This document shows, in pieces, positions 38,032 to 47,882 of a DNA stretch of 64,000 nt. Each line of letters opens with the position of its first letter. Position 1 is the first letter of the stretch. The stretch lies in IMG/VR virus record IMGVR_UViG_3300021426_000005. One strand, given 5' to 3'. This stretch comes from a virus. Taxonomy: Duplodnaviria > Caudoviricetes. The notes beneath the pieces were generated by a model that had not been told where the DNA came from, did no database searches, and saw only the letters and a list, made by a program, of their open reading frames with translations. Position numbers and translations under genes: made by a program.

Positions 38032-38763
38032 ATGGGAAAATACAGCGCCGAATACATAAAGACAAAAACCAATGAATTGTACGATTCATTACCTATGGAT
38101 TATGATAGTAGGATAAAGTGTTTCGATGTTAGGGATGAAATTCTTGATCTCAACTACACATTCTTTGGATATGTGGCATCTTCGACTTTTGTTGAAGGCG
38201 TGGAGTATGAAGATAAATTCCAGACAGCTATCATGTCATTTCTTGGTATGTGGTGGAAATACAAGTGGACACCTAAATATCGTGCTGACTTATCCTTTGC
38301 CGTATTCTTCAAGCCACGAATATCAGAAGAGATCAAACGATATCTTTCTGTAGTGAGCTATACTCAGCGAAGAACTGCTTGTTCTAAGGCAGCGAAGCAA
38401 CTTGGGAAACATTGGACGAAAATCACATACGAAGATCTTTCTAAGGTAGTATTACCAGCAGATGACATGATCGCTCTTAAAGCTGTTCTTGGGGCTAATA
38501 TTCCGGCTGACATATCTGAGCTGGATACCTTCCTTGAATCAAAAGAACCAGTTCAGGGAATTGAAAAGTACCAAACCACAAAGTATGATTCAATTGAGGA
38601 ACTTTTGATTCAAGAAATGATAGAAAGAGAATCGAAGTTGTCCGATAAGGATTTGAAGGATATAGCTGATATGTATTGTTTACCTCAAGACACGGTTACT
38701 TCAGCTTATCCTAAATCCTTGGACATTCTATATAAAAGGTTATCTGATAATCTTGATATATGA
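38032..38763 (+). CDS. RNA polymerase sigma factor (SigF/SigB/FliA-like)
   Basis: RDEILDLN..VAS..GVEYEDKFQTA..SFAVFFKPRISEEIKRYL region 2; HTH-like region 4. Confidence 0.8.
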   Translation: MGKYSAEYIKTKTNELYDSLPMDYDSRIKCFDVRDEILDLNYTFFGYVASSTFVEGVEYEDKFQTAIMSFLGMWWKYKWTPKYRADLSFAVFFKPRISEEIKRYLSVVSYTQRRTACSKAAKQLGKHWTKITYEDLSKVVLPADDMIALKAVLGANIPADISELDTFLESKEPVQGIEKYQTTKYDSIEELLIQEMIERESKLSDKDLKDIADMYCLPQDTVTSAYPKSLDILYKRLSDNLDI

Positions 38764-38793
38764 AAATATCCCCAGTTTATTCTGGGGATATTT
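38764..38793. terminator. bidirectional terminator between convergent genes
   Basis: AAATATCCCCAG/CTGGGGATATTT. Confidence 0.8.
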
Positions 38794-39274
38794 CTATTTC
38801 AGCAAATTTGCTATCAGGGAACTTTAGGGCATCCTTCTCAATTTTATCTTCTGAGTACCCAGCATCTATCAGGTCATCATAGTATAATTCATAATCAGGT
38901 TCAAACACTTCATGCTCCGTAATATACCGATGTATGATATAGTCAGTACCTTCAACTATATATTTTGACAGCTCTTCGACGCTGTATTTATCAGCCGCAT
39001 ATTCTGGGCTGATTGATTTACCGTGAACCCAAATAGGTTTATTGTCAGTAACACATACATATATTTCATCATCATCTGTAAAGCTACCAAATAGATTATT
39101 TTCAAAATCAATTGCTTCAAAACCTAGTTCTTTGAATAAGATCCAGAGCCAGCAATTTTCAGATGATTTTGAAAAATATTTGATAATATCCTTTAGATCT
39201 AGACGATAAAACATTGTTCCCTTGGTCATAGCTTGGGTTGTAGTACCGTAAATTTTTCGTATCAATCTCTTCAT
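38777..39274 (-). CDS. acidic protein with MKRLIRK N-terminus
   Basis: Last gene of late block; RBS GGAGGT. Confidence 0.7.
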   Translation of the reverse strand: MKRLIRKIYGTTTQAMTKGTMFYRLDLKDIIKYFSKSSENCWLWILFKELGFEAIDFENNLFGSFTDDDEIYVCVTDNKPIWVHGKSISPEYAADKYSVEELSKYIVEGTDYIIHRYITEHEVFEPDYELYYDDLIDAGYSEDKIEKDALKFPDSKFAEIEISPE

Positions 39275-39885
39275 GGCTGACCTCCGTAACTGTTGATAGC
39301 ATTAGGAAGAACTCCTCGCTTATTTCCGGTCAGCTTGGAATAGTTAAAATTATTACGAATATATACCCAGAAGAAGTGTCCTTTTGACGGAGCTGACTGC
39401 CACTTTCTATACAAAGCTGATGGGAAATCATAATAGATGTATACATCTCCCGGACCACCATTCTTGTTTTTGAACTGAACGATTAAGTCACCGGTCTTAT
39501 CTTTTCTATCACGAATATTAAGTCCATAAGCCCAAACATTTGAGGACTTAACTCTAACCAGATTTTGCGCAAGGTTCTTGGTATTGATAGCGGCTGTGAT
39601 GCTGGATCTACAAGATGAATCGATCATCATCTGATTATAAAAAATATCACCGCAGGCAGCTTCGACTACCTTGATAATATCCTCAGAAGTTTCAGCAATA
39701 TATTGCTTTTTAGGACTATAATTGCTGTACACATCAATTTTAGTACCAGATCTATCATAAGTACACCAGATATTTGTTAGTCCACTGTCTGTGCTGACAG
39801 TACACATATACCTTTTCTTATGGGTATTATTAGGCTGAGATAGCCCCAAGAAATCCATTACTTCAGCAAATTCTCTGTAAAGCAT
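39271..39885 (-). CDS. KTSC domain protein
   Basis: VKSSNV..LIVQF..YIYYDFP..SAPSKGHFF..IR. Confidence 0.85.
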   Translation of the reverse strand: MLYREFAEVMDFLGLSQPNNTHKKRYMCTVSTDSGLTNIWCTYDRSGTKIDVYSNYSPKKQYIAETSEDIIKVVEAACGDIFYNQMMIDSSCRSSITAAINTKNLAQNLVRVKSSNVWAYGLNIRDRKDKTGDLIVQFKNKNGGPGDVYIYYDFPSALYRKWQSAPSKGHFFWVYIRNNFNYSKLTGNKRGVLPNAINSYGGQP

Positions 39886-39899
39886 CTACTTCACCACCA

Positions 39900-40301
39900 T
39901 CAAAATAGAATGATATAGTTCTTATATGCTTTTCGGATTCTATTGCCAACTTTCCATTTTATCGTACTCATAGCAAGCTCCATATCCAGCATATCCTCGA
40001 CTTTGAACAGATCAAAGCCGAGGGTTTTTTCTTCTGGGGTCATTTCGATAGTATCTACACGAATTTTATTCTGGTAAGTTGTAATGCTTATATTGATAGT
40101 CATTTCCTGAACATCATTCGGTATTCCGCCATATTCTTCTTTCAGTTCATACAGCAAAGTGACGTAAACATCAAAAGTGTTTCTATCTTTTGTAAACTTG
40201 TATGCACCATCCAGATTTTTGTACAGATACTTCCCGACCATGTTGACTACGGTGCTTGCTGGTGGGATATTAGTAGTTTTGCAGTATATCTTCATCAGCA
40301 A
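39900..40301 (-). CDS. hypothetical protein
   Basis: Coupled ORF, probable start MKIYC. Confidence 0.7.
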   Translation of the reverse strand: MLMKIYCKTTNIPPASTVVNMVGKYLYKNLDGAYKFTKDRNTFDVYVTLLYELKEEYGGIPNDVQEMTINISITTYQNKIRVDTIEMTPEEKTLGFDLFKVEDMLDMELAMSTIKWKVGNRIRKAYKNYIILF

Positions 40302-43016
40302 TCACACTCCGGTTATTCGTTTTCCATTCTGGAATTCTATATAGTCAGCACCAACGGTCTTAATATTACTCCGTAGAGTAGTTAGCTTATCCCCTAGGAT
40401 ATCAAGACTCCTATTCTGATACAGTGCAGTTATAATATCTTCCCAAGTCAATCCAGTATCTGGTACAATTATATCGCCTGCCGATCCCTCAAGGATATAT
40501 GGTACTCCGTCTTTATCCAGCATTGAAAGCGCTACGCTTTGCAATCTTCCGGTTTGCACTAATGCACCTACTGGATATGGATCTGTTGATTGATATTCAG
40601 CCGGAATTGCGATTAGCTGTACCTTACCTACTGATGAAGCTGAATTGAAGAGGTTGAGTATAGGTCCAGCTTCAACTTCTGCGGTTGATTGCCCCGAACT
40701 ATCAAGCGGAACAGCCTTACTAATAGTCTGTGGTTGTTTAATATTCCTAGAACTCCATGTACCATCAGGAGATAGTGGTTGTTTTGTTCCAACATCAGTA
40801 TATACTGCAATTTTAAGGAACTGGTTAAGTGGTAGATTCCAATAATCTTCATGGATACCAAAGACATTGAGTACATCTGCGGTATATAAACTAGATAATG
40901 TTGCGACATTATAGTGACCGCTTACTGGTAACAAGGCATTTGCATTTGTAATTTGTCCTGTAGCACTAGCAGGTAATGTAGAACTATATGTTGGTGTAAT
41001 TCTGTTGATAAAAGCCCAACCGTTTTTATAACCTGAGCCTGTGTTTAGATTCCAATATGACCCTAGAAGTTTTGTACTTCTTACAGCCGTATCAGAGTTC
41101 TCAAATCCCACAAGATTGATTGGATTTCCGTTAGCTATGATGTTAAATTCCATCGGAGTAGTGATGTCTAGCACATGATCAGATTGGTGAACAGGCCATA
41201 CCCAGTTATTAGAATGCTCAGTTCCCATAATAACACCGTAGTAATCTGATTTACTTCCGGCTGTAATTTGATCCCACAAGTTCTTAGTAGCGGACTGCCA
41301 GTACCCACCCGTGCTAAAAGCTGGGGTAAGTTCCTCGTTGGAATCATATACGGTATATCCACATTTCTGCTGTATGATGTTTGAAAGTCGTCCAGTAATT
41401 CTACGACCAATATATGAAAGTACCTGGCAGTATGGGTTACGATCTGCTTGTATGGTAGCCGCTGAAATATATCCTGTATTATCTATATCGGCTTGAGCTG
41501 CGGCAGGTAGTGCGGACTTAATAACTGAGTATTCGTCCTTGAGTTTCATCTTCCAGTCAGTTTCTGTCCATATATCATATCCAGCTGGTAACGGATCACC
41601 ACTATTCAATATCGGAGCATCAAAGTAATTAGACCGAATAGAACCTTCAACTGCTAAATATGGTCCTACGACATTTGCTGTCGTTTCAATGCCATTGTAG
41701 TGGATTTCCCGTGCTACAAGCATACCAAACAAATCAGTTTTATCTACCTTAGCAACTGGAATAGCCGCATCGGTAAAAGTATCATGTTGATATAATACAT
41801 AGGTCGCTGGATATTCGGGCTGATTGTCAATATCTCCGATATCACGCAATATTCCGACTGTTCCTAAAGCATTTTCTTCCAGCTCAGTCACTATGCTCAT
41901 GGATGTGGAGACATCAGCCACATCATACAGTCTATCGAAGATTTTGGTTGTACCAGGTGCTACAGTGTCAATCGGGGCAGCAGACCACAGTCCGGCGTGA
42001 CCATTCCATAGCAAGGATCCATATAGTGCAGGTGGTAAATTTTCTGATGGCTGATATGTCATCAATACTGCGGAAAATTCATCTATGCCGGTTATAGAGA
42101 TAACTTCGATATTCTTAGTAGCATCCATATATTCAGTGTGATTGAAATAATACTGCTCAGGATTACAAGAGGTCATATCTACAATAGCACCCATGTCATT
42201 CTTCTTTGCAGTTGTACCCTTTGGGAACTCACGAACATACTCGGATTTAGTAGCGACAAACTTATTGACAAATGCACTTGGTACAGAGAAGGATATCTTG
42301 GCAGCCCAAGGAAATGCAGCTGGACCTAAGAAGTCACCATTGGCAGGATCAGAAGTGTTCACAGCAGAATTTGTTTTTACCATACCACCGATTATACCTT
42401 TATCAGTAAAGCCAGTCAGTAGAATAAAAAACGGAGTATCTACCACACCATCGATCATCAGTCTGATTTTTGGGACCTGAGCTAATGTAGGACTGAAATC
42501 CTCATAAGGGTTTAATGACGGAGAATTTACTGTCCATGTACCAGGCTGAATAACTAAGCCGTCCACTACCTTCATGTAGTTTTTCATTGCATTGAGTGTG
42601 TCATCAGAAAAATCTTCTAAATCCACATTGGCCGGAGGTACAAGATTACCAGTAGGGTGTGATTCCTCAGTATTAGATATGAGTGGACCGTAGTCTACTA
42701 CCTTAGAAGGCCAATGTGCTGAAACATCTGTAAGATAAGCATTTCCGATGAAAAACGACGCCAGTATATTATTAGCTGCAACCAATCGACAGCCTTCCGG
42801 CAAATCATATTCCACATAATGAAGAGAATCCGTGGTATCTGCCGATACATATAGTAACATAGACCCACCCAAAGCAAGCATTGATGTTAGCCATTCCTTC
42901 TCGCTTGCTGGGGTTGCTGTTGGATCATCCGCCATAAGCTGACGGATATACACTTCATATGCAGAGTATCCTACTACTCTACCTTCATTCCATAAGGTTC
43001 TTGACATAATAATCAC
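40302..43016 (-). CDS. large tail/baseplate-associated structural protein
   Basis: 904 aa; N-terminal GYSAYEVY..SEKEWL motif common in phage tail proteins. Confidence 0.7.
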   Translation of the reverse strand: MIIMSRTLWNEGRVVGYSAYEVYIRQLMADDPTATPASEKEWLTSMLALGGSMLLYVSADTTDSLHYVEYDLPEGCRLVAANNILASFFIGNAYLTDVSAHWPSKVVDYGPLISNTEESHPTGNLVPPANVDLEDFSDDTLNAMKNYMKVVDGLVIQPGTWTVNSPSLNPYEDFSPTLAQVPKIRLMIDGVVDTPFFILLTGFTDKGIIGGMVKTNSAVNTSDPANGDFLGPAAFPWAAKISFSVPSAFVNKFVATKSEYVREFPKGTTAKKNDMGAIVDMTSCNPEQYYFNHTEYMDATKNIEVISITGIDEFSAVLMTYQPSENLPPALYGSLLWNGHAGLWSAAPIDTVAPGTTKIFDRLYDVADVSTSMSIVTELEENALGTVGILRDIGDIDNQPEYPATYVLYQHDTFTDAAIPVAKVDKTDLFGMLVAREIHYNGIETTANVVGPYLAVEGSIRSNYFDAPILNSGDPLPAGYDIWTETDWKMKLKDEYSVIKSALPAAAQADIDNTGYISAATIQADRNPYCQVLSYIGRRITGRLSNIIQQKCGYTVYDSNEELTPAFSTGGYWQSATKNLWDQITAGSKSDYYGVIMGTEHSNNWVWPVHQSDHVLDITTPMEFNIIANGNPINLVGFENSDTAVRSTKLLGSYWNLNTGSGYKNGWAFINRITPTYSSTLPASATGQITNANALLPVSGHYNVATLSSLYTADVLNVFGIHEDYWNLPLNQFLKIAVYTDVGTKQPLSPDGTWSSRNIKQPQTISKAVPLDSSGQSTAEVEAGPILNLFNSASSVGKVQLIAIPAEYQSTDPYPVGALVQTGRLQSVALSMLDKDGVPYILEGSAGDIIVPDTGLTWEDIITALYQNRSLDILGDKLTTLRSNIKTVGADYIEFQNGKRITGV

Positions 43017-43282
43017 TCCGATACTGTATGTTTAACTCTATCATGCACTTCGGCTTTCTTACCGTCACAAAATCTATCTAAGGATCCAACCAAATATCCG
43101 GTTATCCGCCTTATCCTATCAAATGGGGGATTTAGAAATTCGCATCTGAGATTGACGTATTCACCGTCAACTTCAATATCAAGCTGAGATATTATACGCT
43201 CATGGTACTTCTCCATTGCATATTTTATATACTCCTGCTTTTCTGCTTCGGATATAGCGCTTCCAATTACATTAACTTTCAT
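43013..43282 (-). CDS. stand-alone NrdD-type glycyl-radical domain protein
   Basis: 89 aa ending RIRRITGYLVGSLDRF..GKKAEVHDRVKH. Confidence 0.85.
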   Translation of the reverse strand: MKVNVIGSAISEAEKQEYIKYAMEKYHERIISQLDIEVDGEYVNLRCEFLNPPFDRIRRITGYLVGSLDRFCDGKKAEVHDRVKHTVSE

Positions 43283-43337
43283 TGCTTTAACCTCATTTCA
43301 ATTCATGTCTCTATATCAATCTACTAGACATACTATC

Positions 43338-44774
43338 TTATGTCAACTCAGTAGTTGAAACTTCTCGCCAGGCTCTCCAAAGAGGGGTTGTTGACATATT
43401 TACACCTAGTCTGAATACCAATCTTGTCGGATCTGCCGCCAACATATGAGAAAAACAGAGTTGCACAGCATAGGCTGTAAAGCGAATATTTATAACTATT
43501 CCATATGATCCCGGTATAGGATTACCTACTGCACTACCTGTAAATCTATAGTATTTAGTTTCTACAAGTGTATCAAAAGTAAGTTCAGAATTTTCGTTTA
43601 GTGTATACTCCCCTCGTCGCAACACAAAAGGAATAATATCTTCTATTAATGGAAGCATCTCTTCTGTCAACTTCGCATTAGTTTGTGCATAAGGAACATA
43701 AGTATCATCAACTATAACAGCATCACGAAGCATCGGATAAAAGGTAAGATGGTCAACAGTCGTCCCTGTAGATACCCTGATATAAATAAGATTGCTCGCA
43801 GTCGTTGTAAATGTCACACCAGCACCAACATCAGCAGCATCTTTTTGATAAGCAATTACTTCATATGTGCTAGTACCTCCGCCTGCTGGACAACCACTAA
43901 GAATAACGGATTTACCAGCTGGAATCTCAGATAGTGCATCACCATTAATATCGAAATCCGCATTAGCTGTAGCTGTTCCAGTGGCTGTGACGCTACCATC
44001 ATCATTTACAGTAAAAGTAATACCATTAACTGTAGATGAAGTGGCAGTATTGCGCAATAGATTCTTCGCTCCAGCATTAGCTATAGCGTTGATACATCTT
44101 TGTTCTTCTCTACCAAAGGCAATTATGCGATATTGAGTTCCGTCATACACAAAAGTTACGGTATCGCCTGCGTTAATTATATTATCTGTGACTGCTGTAT
44201 CAGCATAATAAATGGCTTTAGCACCTTTAGAGTTGATATTTAATGTCGAATTGGCAGGTACGGCATTTTCAAAATGTATTGATACTATTCCGTTTTTAAC
44301 CAATACATAGTCTGCTAGAGTTGCTGTTTTAGCGGTAGTAGATTCTGCGGTAGTGCAACTTCCGTAACCGAAACCTAGCTTCTGTGGAGTGTATGTGGTA
44401 TCAGAATCATATCCGTAAACATAGTCCCAACACCCACCGCTTATCCTAGTTTCATTATAGATAAGCAATGCAGTATACGCTTTGTTGAACTGCGTTGTAA
44501 GTCTAGCTGATGCAGCGTTACTTCTATATACTGGCTTCTCCCCCAAATTATTTATATTAACTGTGAAGTTAGTTGCAGAAGTAACAACGCCATTTGTCAG
44601 CCAGACACAAACTCCGTCATGTAAATCGATAATACCCGGTACACTCGCTGTAAATTTAGTCGAAGTAGACGTAGCATCACATGAACCAGCTGGAATAGTC
44701 CCAGCTATATCATATGAGGAATTATCTGGTGTCTTTATCTTAGCAACAAATGCCATAATATCTCCTTTAATCAA
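43338..44774 (-). CDS. tail fibre / receptor-binding protein
   Basis: Two xNINxxGxKx modules, KNLL..NGITFTVNxDGS domain, C-terminal WRAWREV knob. Confidence 0.8.
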   Translation of the reverse strand: MIKGDIMAFVAKIKTPDNSSYDIAGTIPAGSCDATSTSTKFTASVPGIIDLHDGVCVWLTNGVVTSATNFTVNINNLGEKPVYRSNAASARLTTQFNKAYTALLIYNETRISGGCWDYVYGYDSDTTYTPQKLGFGYGSCTTAESTTAKTATLADYVLVKNGIVSIHFENAVPANSTLNINSKGAKAIYYADTAVTDNIINAGDTVTFVYDGTQYRIIAFGREEQRCINAIANAGAKNLLRNTATSSTVNGITFTVNDDGSVTATGTATANADFDINGDALSEIPAGKSVILSGCPAGGGTSTYEVIAYQKDAADVGAGVTFTTTASNLIYIRVSTGTTVDHLTFYPMLRDAVIVDDTYVPYAQTNAKLTEEMLPLIEDIIPFVLRRGEYTLNENSELTFDTLVETKYYRFTGSAVGNPIPGSYGIVINIRFTAYAVQLCFSHMLAADPTRLVFRLGVNMSTTPLWRAWREVSTTELT

Positions 44775-46123
44775 GAGCCGGTATTTGGCTCTACAGTGTA
44801 AGTTTCCTCAGTACCAGTAAAGGTTTGAGCTGCCGCCGTACCAGTACCAATTTTAGTGACAGCAGTAACCTTATCATTTGTACCAACGGTTATTGTCTGA
44901 GCTGCCGCCGTAGCTGTTCCAAGTGCAGTAATAGCCTTAGCAGTGGTGTCTGAGCTGAATGTAACTGCATTTGTACCACTTGTACCGATAGACTTTACAT
45001 ACTCAACTGCACCAGTCGATGTAGTATCTGCACTTGACAAAGTTATTGTAGGTTGAGCCGTTACACTCACAGTCTTAGCAAATGTGGCGCTAGACGGAGC
45101 ATTATATCCAGTAACAGCATTTGCACTTGTAGGTGTTCCAAGTCCTGTAAGAACAGTTCCGCCAGAAGCTGAAGCGGACAAAGATCCGGTTGCTACGGTA
45201 GTAGCATTTGCATTCTTAACGGGGACAACGACATCCTCAAATGTATAGGGTGTGATTGAACCAGCTGATGCCGCCGGAGTTATTGATTTTGTCGAAATCG
45301 GCTTAAACGTGAAACTAAGGGTCTCATTAGACACTGTGGCACCCCACATAGGTGTATTGTCGCCTCTTGTAGCCGTTTCAGTACCTAGATTACCATTTGC
45401 AACAGTAGTTGATGTACCGACCTTTGCAACAGAAATAGCTGTTCCAGCACTTGCTTTTGATGCAGTCGTAGTGGTAGAACCTACACCAATCACAGTTGTA
45501 GTTGCCAACTTGGAAGTCGCCCCTGGATATGATTTTACAAATGTATCTACATCTGCATCTCCGAGATCTGTAATAGCTGACCCAGATGTAGCCACACCAA
45601 CCGCTGTACCGGTAGCACTACCTTTAAGATACTTTGTTGTACCTACAGTTTTAGGTACAGTACCGGTTGTTGCATCTGTAAGCACTGTCGCAGTAGTGTG
45701 ATTTCCAAATGTTACAGAAGATGCCTGATTAGTAAATGTAGTAGCTTCACCGAGAACTTTATCGGTAGCCCCTCCGGAAAATGATACCGCAGATGCACTA
45801 TTAGTTCCCTTTGGCTGTATTGTTACAGTACCAGTGTCTACCTTACCCATTTCGCCGATACCGCTCATGTCGCCAAACTTATGCCATATAGTACCGTCAA
45901 AGACAAATTCTCCGTCCCCATAAAATACCGCATCATTAGCAACTGCCGTGTAAGCTACATCATTGATTTGAATGGGGTTTGTTGTAGACCCATCTTCTAG
46001 AGGTGTAGTTGTGGTACCTTTGATCTTTATAGCACCACCAATCGCAGCCCTTGCTACGGCATCTTTAATATCATATGTATTACCAGAAGGTAATGTAATT
46101 TTTGATATATCAGCCATACTCAT
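44771..46123 (-). CDS. Thr/Ala/Ser/Gly-rich fibre protein
   Basis: ISKITLPSGNTYDIKD N-terminus; repeated GTATAAAQT. Confidence 0.75.
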   Translation of the reverse strand: MSMADISKITLPSGNTYDIKDAVARAAIGGAIKIKGTTTTPLEDGSTTNPIQINDVAYTAVANDAVFYGDGEFVFDGTIWHKFGDMSGIGEMGKVDTGTVTIQPKGTNSASAVSFSGGATDKVLGEATTFTNQASSVTFGNHTTATVLTDATTGTVPKTVGTTKYLKGSATGTAVGVATSGSAITDLGDADVDTFVKSYPGATSKLATTTVIGVGSTTTTASKASAGTAISVAKVGTSTTVANGNLGTETATRGDNTPMWGATVSNETLSFTFKPISTKSITPAASAGSITPYTFEDVVVPVKNANATTVATGSLSASASGGTVLTGLGTPTSANAVTGYNAPSSATFAKTVSVTAQPTITLSSADTTSTGAVEYVKSIGTSGTNAVTFSSDTTAKAITALGTATAAAQTITVGTNDKVTAVTKIGTGTAAAQTFTGTEETYTVEPNTGS

Positions 46124-46128
46124 TCTCC

Positions 46129-46467
46129 TTAGTAAAAAATCAGATTCTCAAAATCCAAAGTATCTAGTTTAACCGAAACCTTACTATTCCAATTGTCTAT
46201 GTCAGCTTCCGTTATATTTCCAGTTACGACAAATGGGAGATCTATGAGGTATGCGTTACCGTCACCGATTTTGATCGCTGCAAAATCAGTATTGTCCCTA
46301 TGTCCGTAATCTGAGTATACATATATTACGTTCTTTTCTGATATTAAACCCGGTTGTGCATTCCAGCCAGCTGTGGTATTAGTTTTTATCGCATCAGTCC
46401 CTCCGCCACCACCGCCGCCGTGTTTACAGAATTCCCGAAGAAATAGGGCATCGACCATATTTTGCAT
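46129..46467 (-). CDS. small fibre-module protein
   Basis: Poly-Gly linker; IKIGDG..LIDLPF motif of tail-fibre N-terminal domains. Confidence 0.7.
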   Translation of the reverse strand: MQNMVDALFLREFCKHGGGGGGGTDAIKTNTTAGWNAQPGLISEKNVIYVYSDYGHRDNTDFAAIKIGDGNAYLIDLPFVVTGNITEADIDNWNSKVSVKLDTLDFENLIFY

Positions 46468-46567
46468 AGCATCACCCCTTTATCATGGTGGTCAATACTG
46501 TCGTAACTATCAAATTAATAGACCATATCATGGAGTTTTACTTCCATTGGACAGGTCTCCTTACCTG

Positions 46568-47305
46568 TTAAATATATGTTACTGTATAGCTGGCACCTTG
46601 AACATTACATCTTGACCCTACATTTTGGCCACCAGAAAGAAGTAGCGTATTATTATTTGTGTCCGCTAAGAGATATATATCGTTGGCTTTTGTACCAGTT
46701 GCTTCCGTATCGCTCCATGATCCGCTAACAGCTTTTGCACCAAAACGGAAAGAGGCTAAATTTACCATTCCCGTACCTACTCCAGGTCCATCTATAGAAA
46801 GAATAACTGTAGGTGTTTCCGGAAAAGTGATTGTTGTTGTTGCCAAGCCGTCACCTGTATAAGTTAATGTTTTTATACCTGTACCTGTATTATTAGAAGT
46901 TCCTGCACCAAGTTTGATACCAACAATCTGCCAAAGTACAGGGGTATATCCAGAATTCTCATTTGGAGATCCGGAAGTAGTTACAGTAAATTTATCGCCA
47001 TTGAAGGAAACGTGGAGATTTCTCATGAAATAAAAACACTCTACCGCTGTATCTTCACCTTCTTCTGTCAGTGATGGAAGAAAAGAATATTGAGTGTAGC
47101 TATTTGTACTGCTTATATCATTACGATTACCAAGTTTCAGATAAATAATATCATAACTGTTAATGTTACTGGTCAATTGGTATTGAGTTCCCACGGCTGC
47201 ACCATTGCTATCGCTCCACAGCGTGTCGATAGTTGCACTGCCACCACCGCTACCTGAGCCGGATGCTAGATTTTTTCCTATAAGAACATTAAACATATCA
47301 CCCAT
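46568..47305 (-). CDS. fibre/adhesin-like protein
   Basis: Gly/Ser linker then beta-rich domains. Confidence 0.7.
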   Translation of the reverse strand: MGDMFNVLIGKNLASGSGSGGGSATIDTLWSDSNGAAVGTQYQLTSNINSYDIIYLKLGNRNDISSTNSYTQYSFLPSLTEEGEDTAVECFYFMRNLHVSFNGDKFTVTTSGSPNENSGYTPVLWQIVGIKLGAGTSNNTGTGIKTLTYTGDGLATTTITFPETPTVILSIDGPGVGTGMVNLASFRFGAKAVSGSWSDTEATGTKANDIYLLADTNNNTLLLSGGQNVGSRCNVQGASYTVTYI

Positions 47306-47309
47306 AATA

Positions 47310-47537
47310 TCAATCTCCCTGCTTGATCCAGTTTCCAGAAGAGTCCATCATGTAGAATTCATGTGTAGTAACTACCCATGCTATAGAGCCTTGAGCTATC
47401 TTGTATCTACCCTTGTCTGAACTAAAGTAATATACATCATTTGGAAGATCTGATACTTGATCTACAAACAGCTCATAATGACATACAGAAGTCTGACCTT
47501 CCCACGTTAGATGTTTAATATTGTATACAGTAATCAT
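47310..47537 (-). CDS. small fibre-associated protein
   Basis: DLP..GSIA..YMMDSSGNW motif. Confidence 0.65.
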   Translation of the reverse strand: MITVYNIKHLTWEGQTSVCHYELFVDQVSDLPNDVYYFSSDKGRYKIAQGSIAWVVTTHEFYMMDSSGNWIKQGD

Positions 47538-47543
47538 AACTGA

Positions 47544-47816
47544 TCACGCTCCGTTCTTTTCTATTAGATATGTGTCTTCTAAGTCAGTATATTGTAGCGG
47601 TTTGATTTCCTGTGTAAGCTGGTTGACCAAATACCAGCCACAGACCGTGCGATTTCCTCCCCAGCCATACCAACCGTATGCTACAGTCCAGACCACATTA
47701 CTAAATCTACCTATGCGAATGCTATCACCTGGACTTAGTGTAATATCGTAATCTGGTACAGATAACGTCATGGTTTCGCTCAAAGCAGACACCTCCCAAA
47801 GATTATATTGAATCAT
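47544..47816 (-). CDS. hypothetical protein
   Basis: First gene after class II word; true start probably near 47783 after GGAGGTG. Confidence 0.65.
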   Translation of the reverse strand: MIQYNLWEVSALSETMTLSVPDYDITLSPGDSIRIGRFSNVVWTVAYGWYGWGGNRTVCGWYLVNQLTQEIKPLQYTDLEDTYLIEKNGA

Positions 47817-47819
47817 TAT

Positions 47820-47831
47820 TATATAAGGTTA
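47820..47831 (-). promoter_or_regulatory. class II promoter word TAACCTTATATA (fibre operon)
   Basis: Just downstream of terminator, heads fibre block. Confidence 0.75.
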
Positions 47832-47840
47832 TGTATGGAT

Positions 47841-47880
47841 AAAAATAAGCCGTAGGGGTTATACTCTCCTACGGCTTTTT
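47841..47880 (-). terminator. terminator
   Basis: AAGCCGTAGG/CCTACGGCTT stem flanked by A and T tracts. Confidence 0.8.
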
Positions 47881-47882
47881 AA

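Noticed and set aside
39900-43016. In-frame abutting ORFs across a TGA (40302), suggesting readthrough or recoding
   Set aside because: A GGAGTG RBS precedes an ATG at 40295, so ordinary coupling explains it; core genes are intact under the standard code. Same for 54249/54250.
43338-47305. DGR or invertible tail-fibre switching
   Set aside because: No reverse transcriptase, no TR/VR pair and no inverted fibre cassettes noticed; the recombinase is integrase-type and about 9 kb away.
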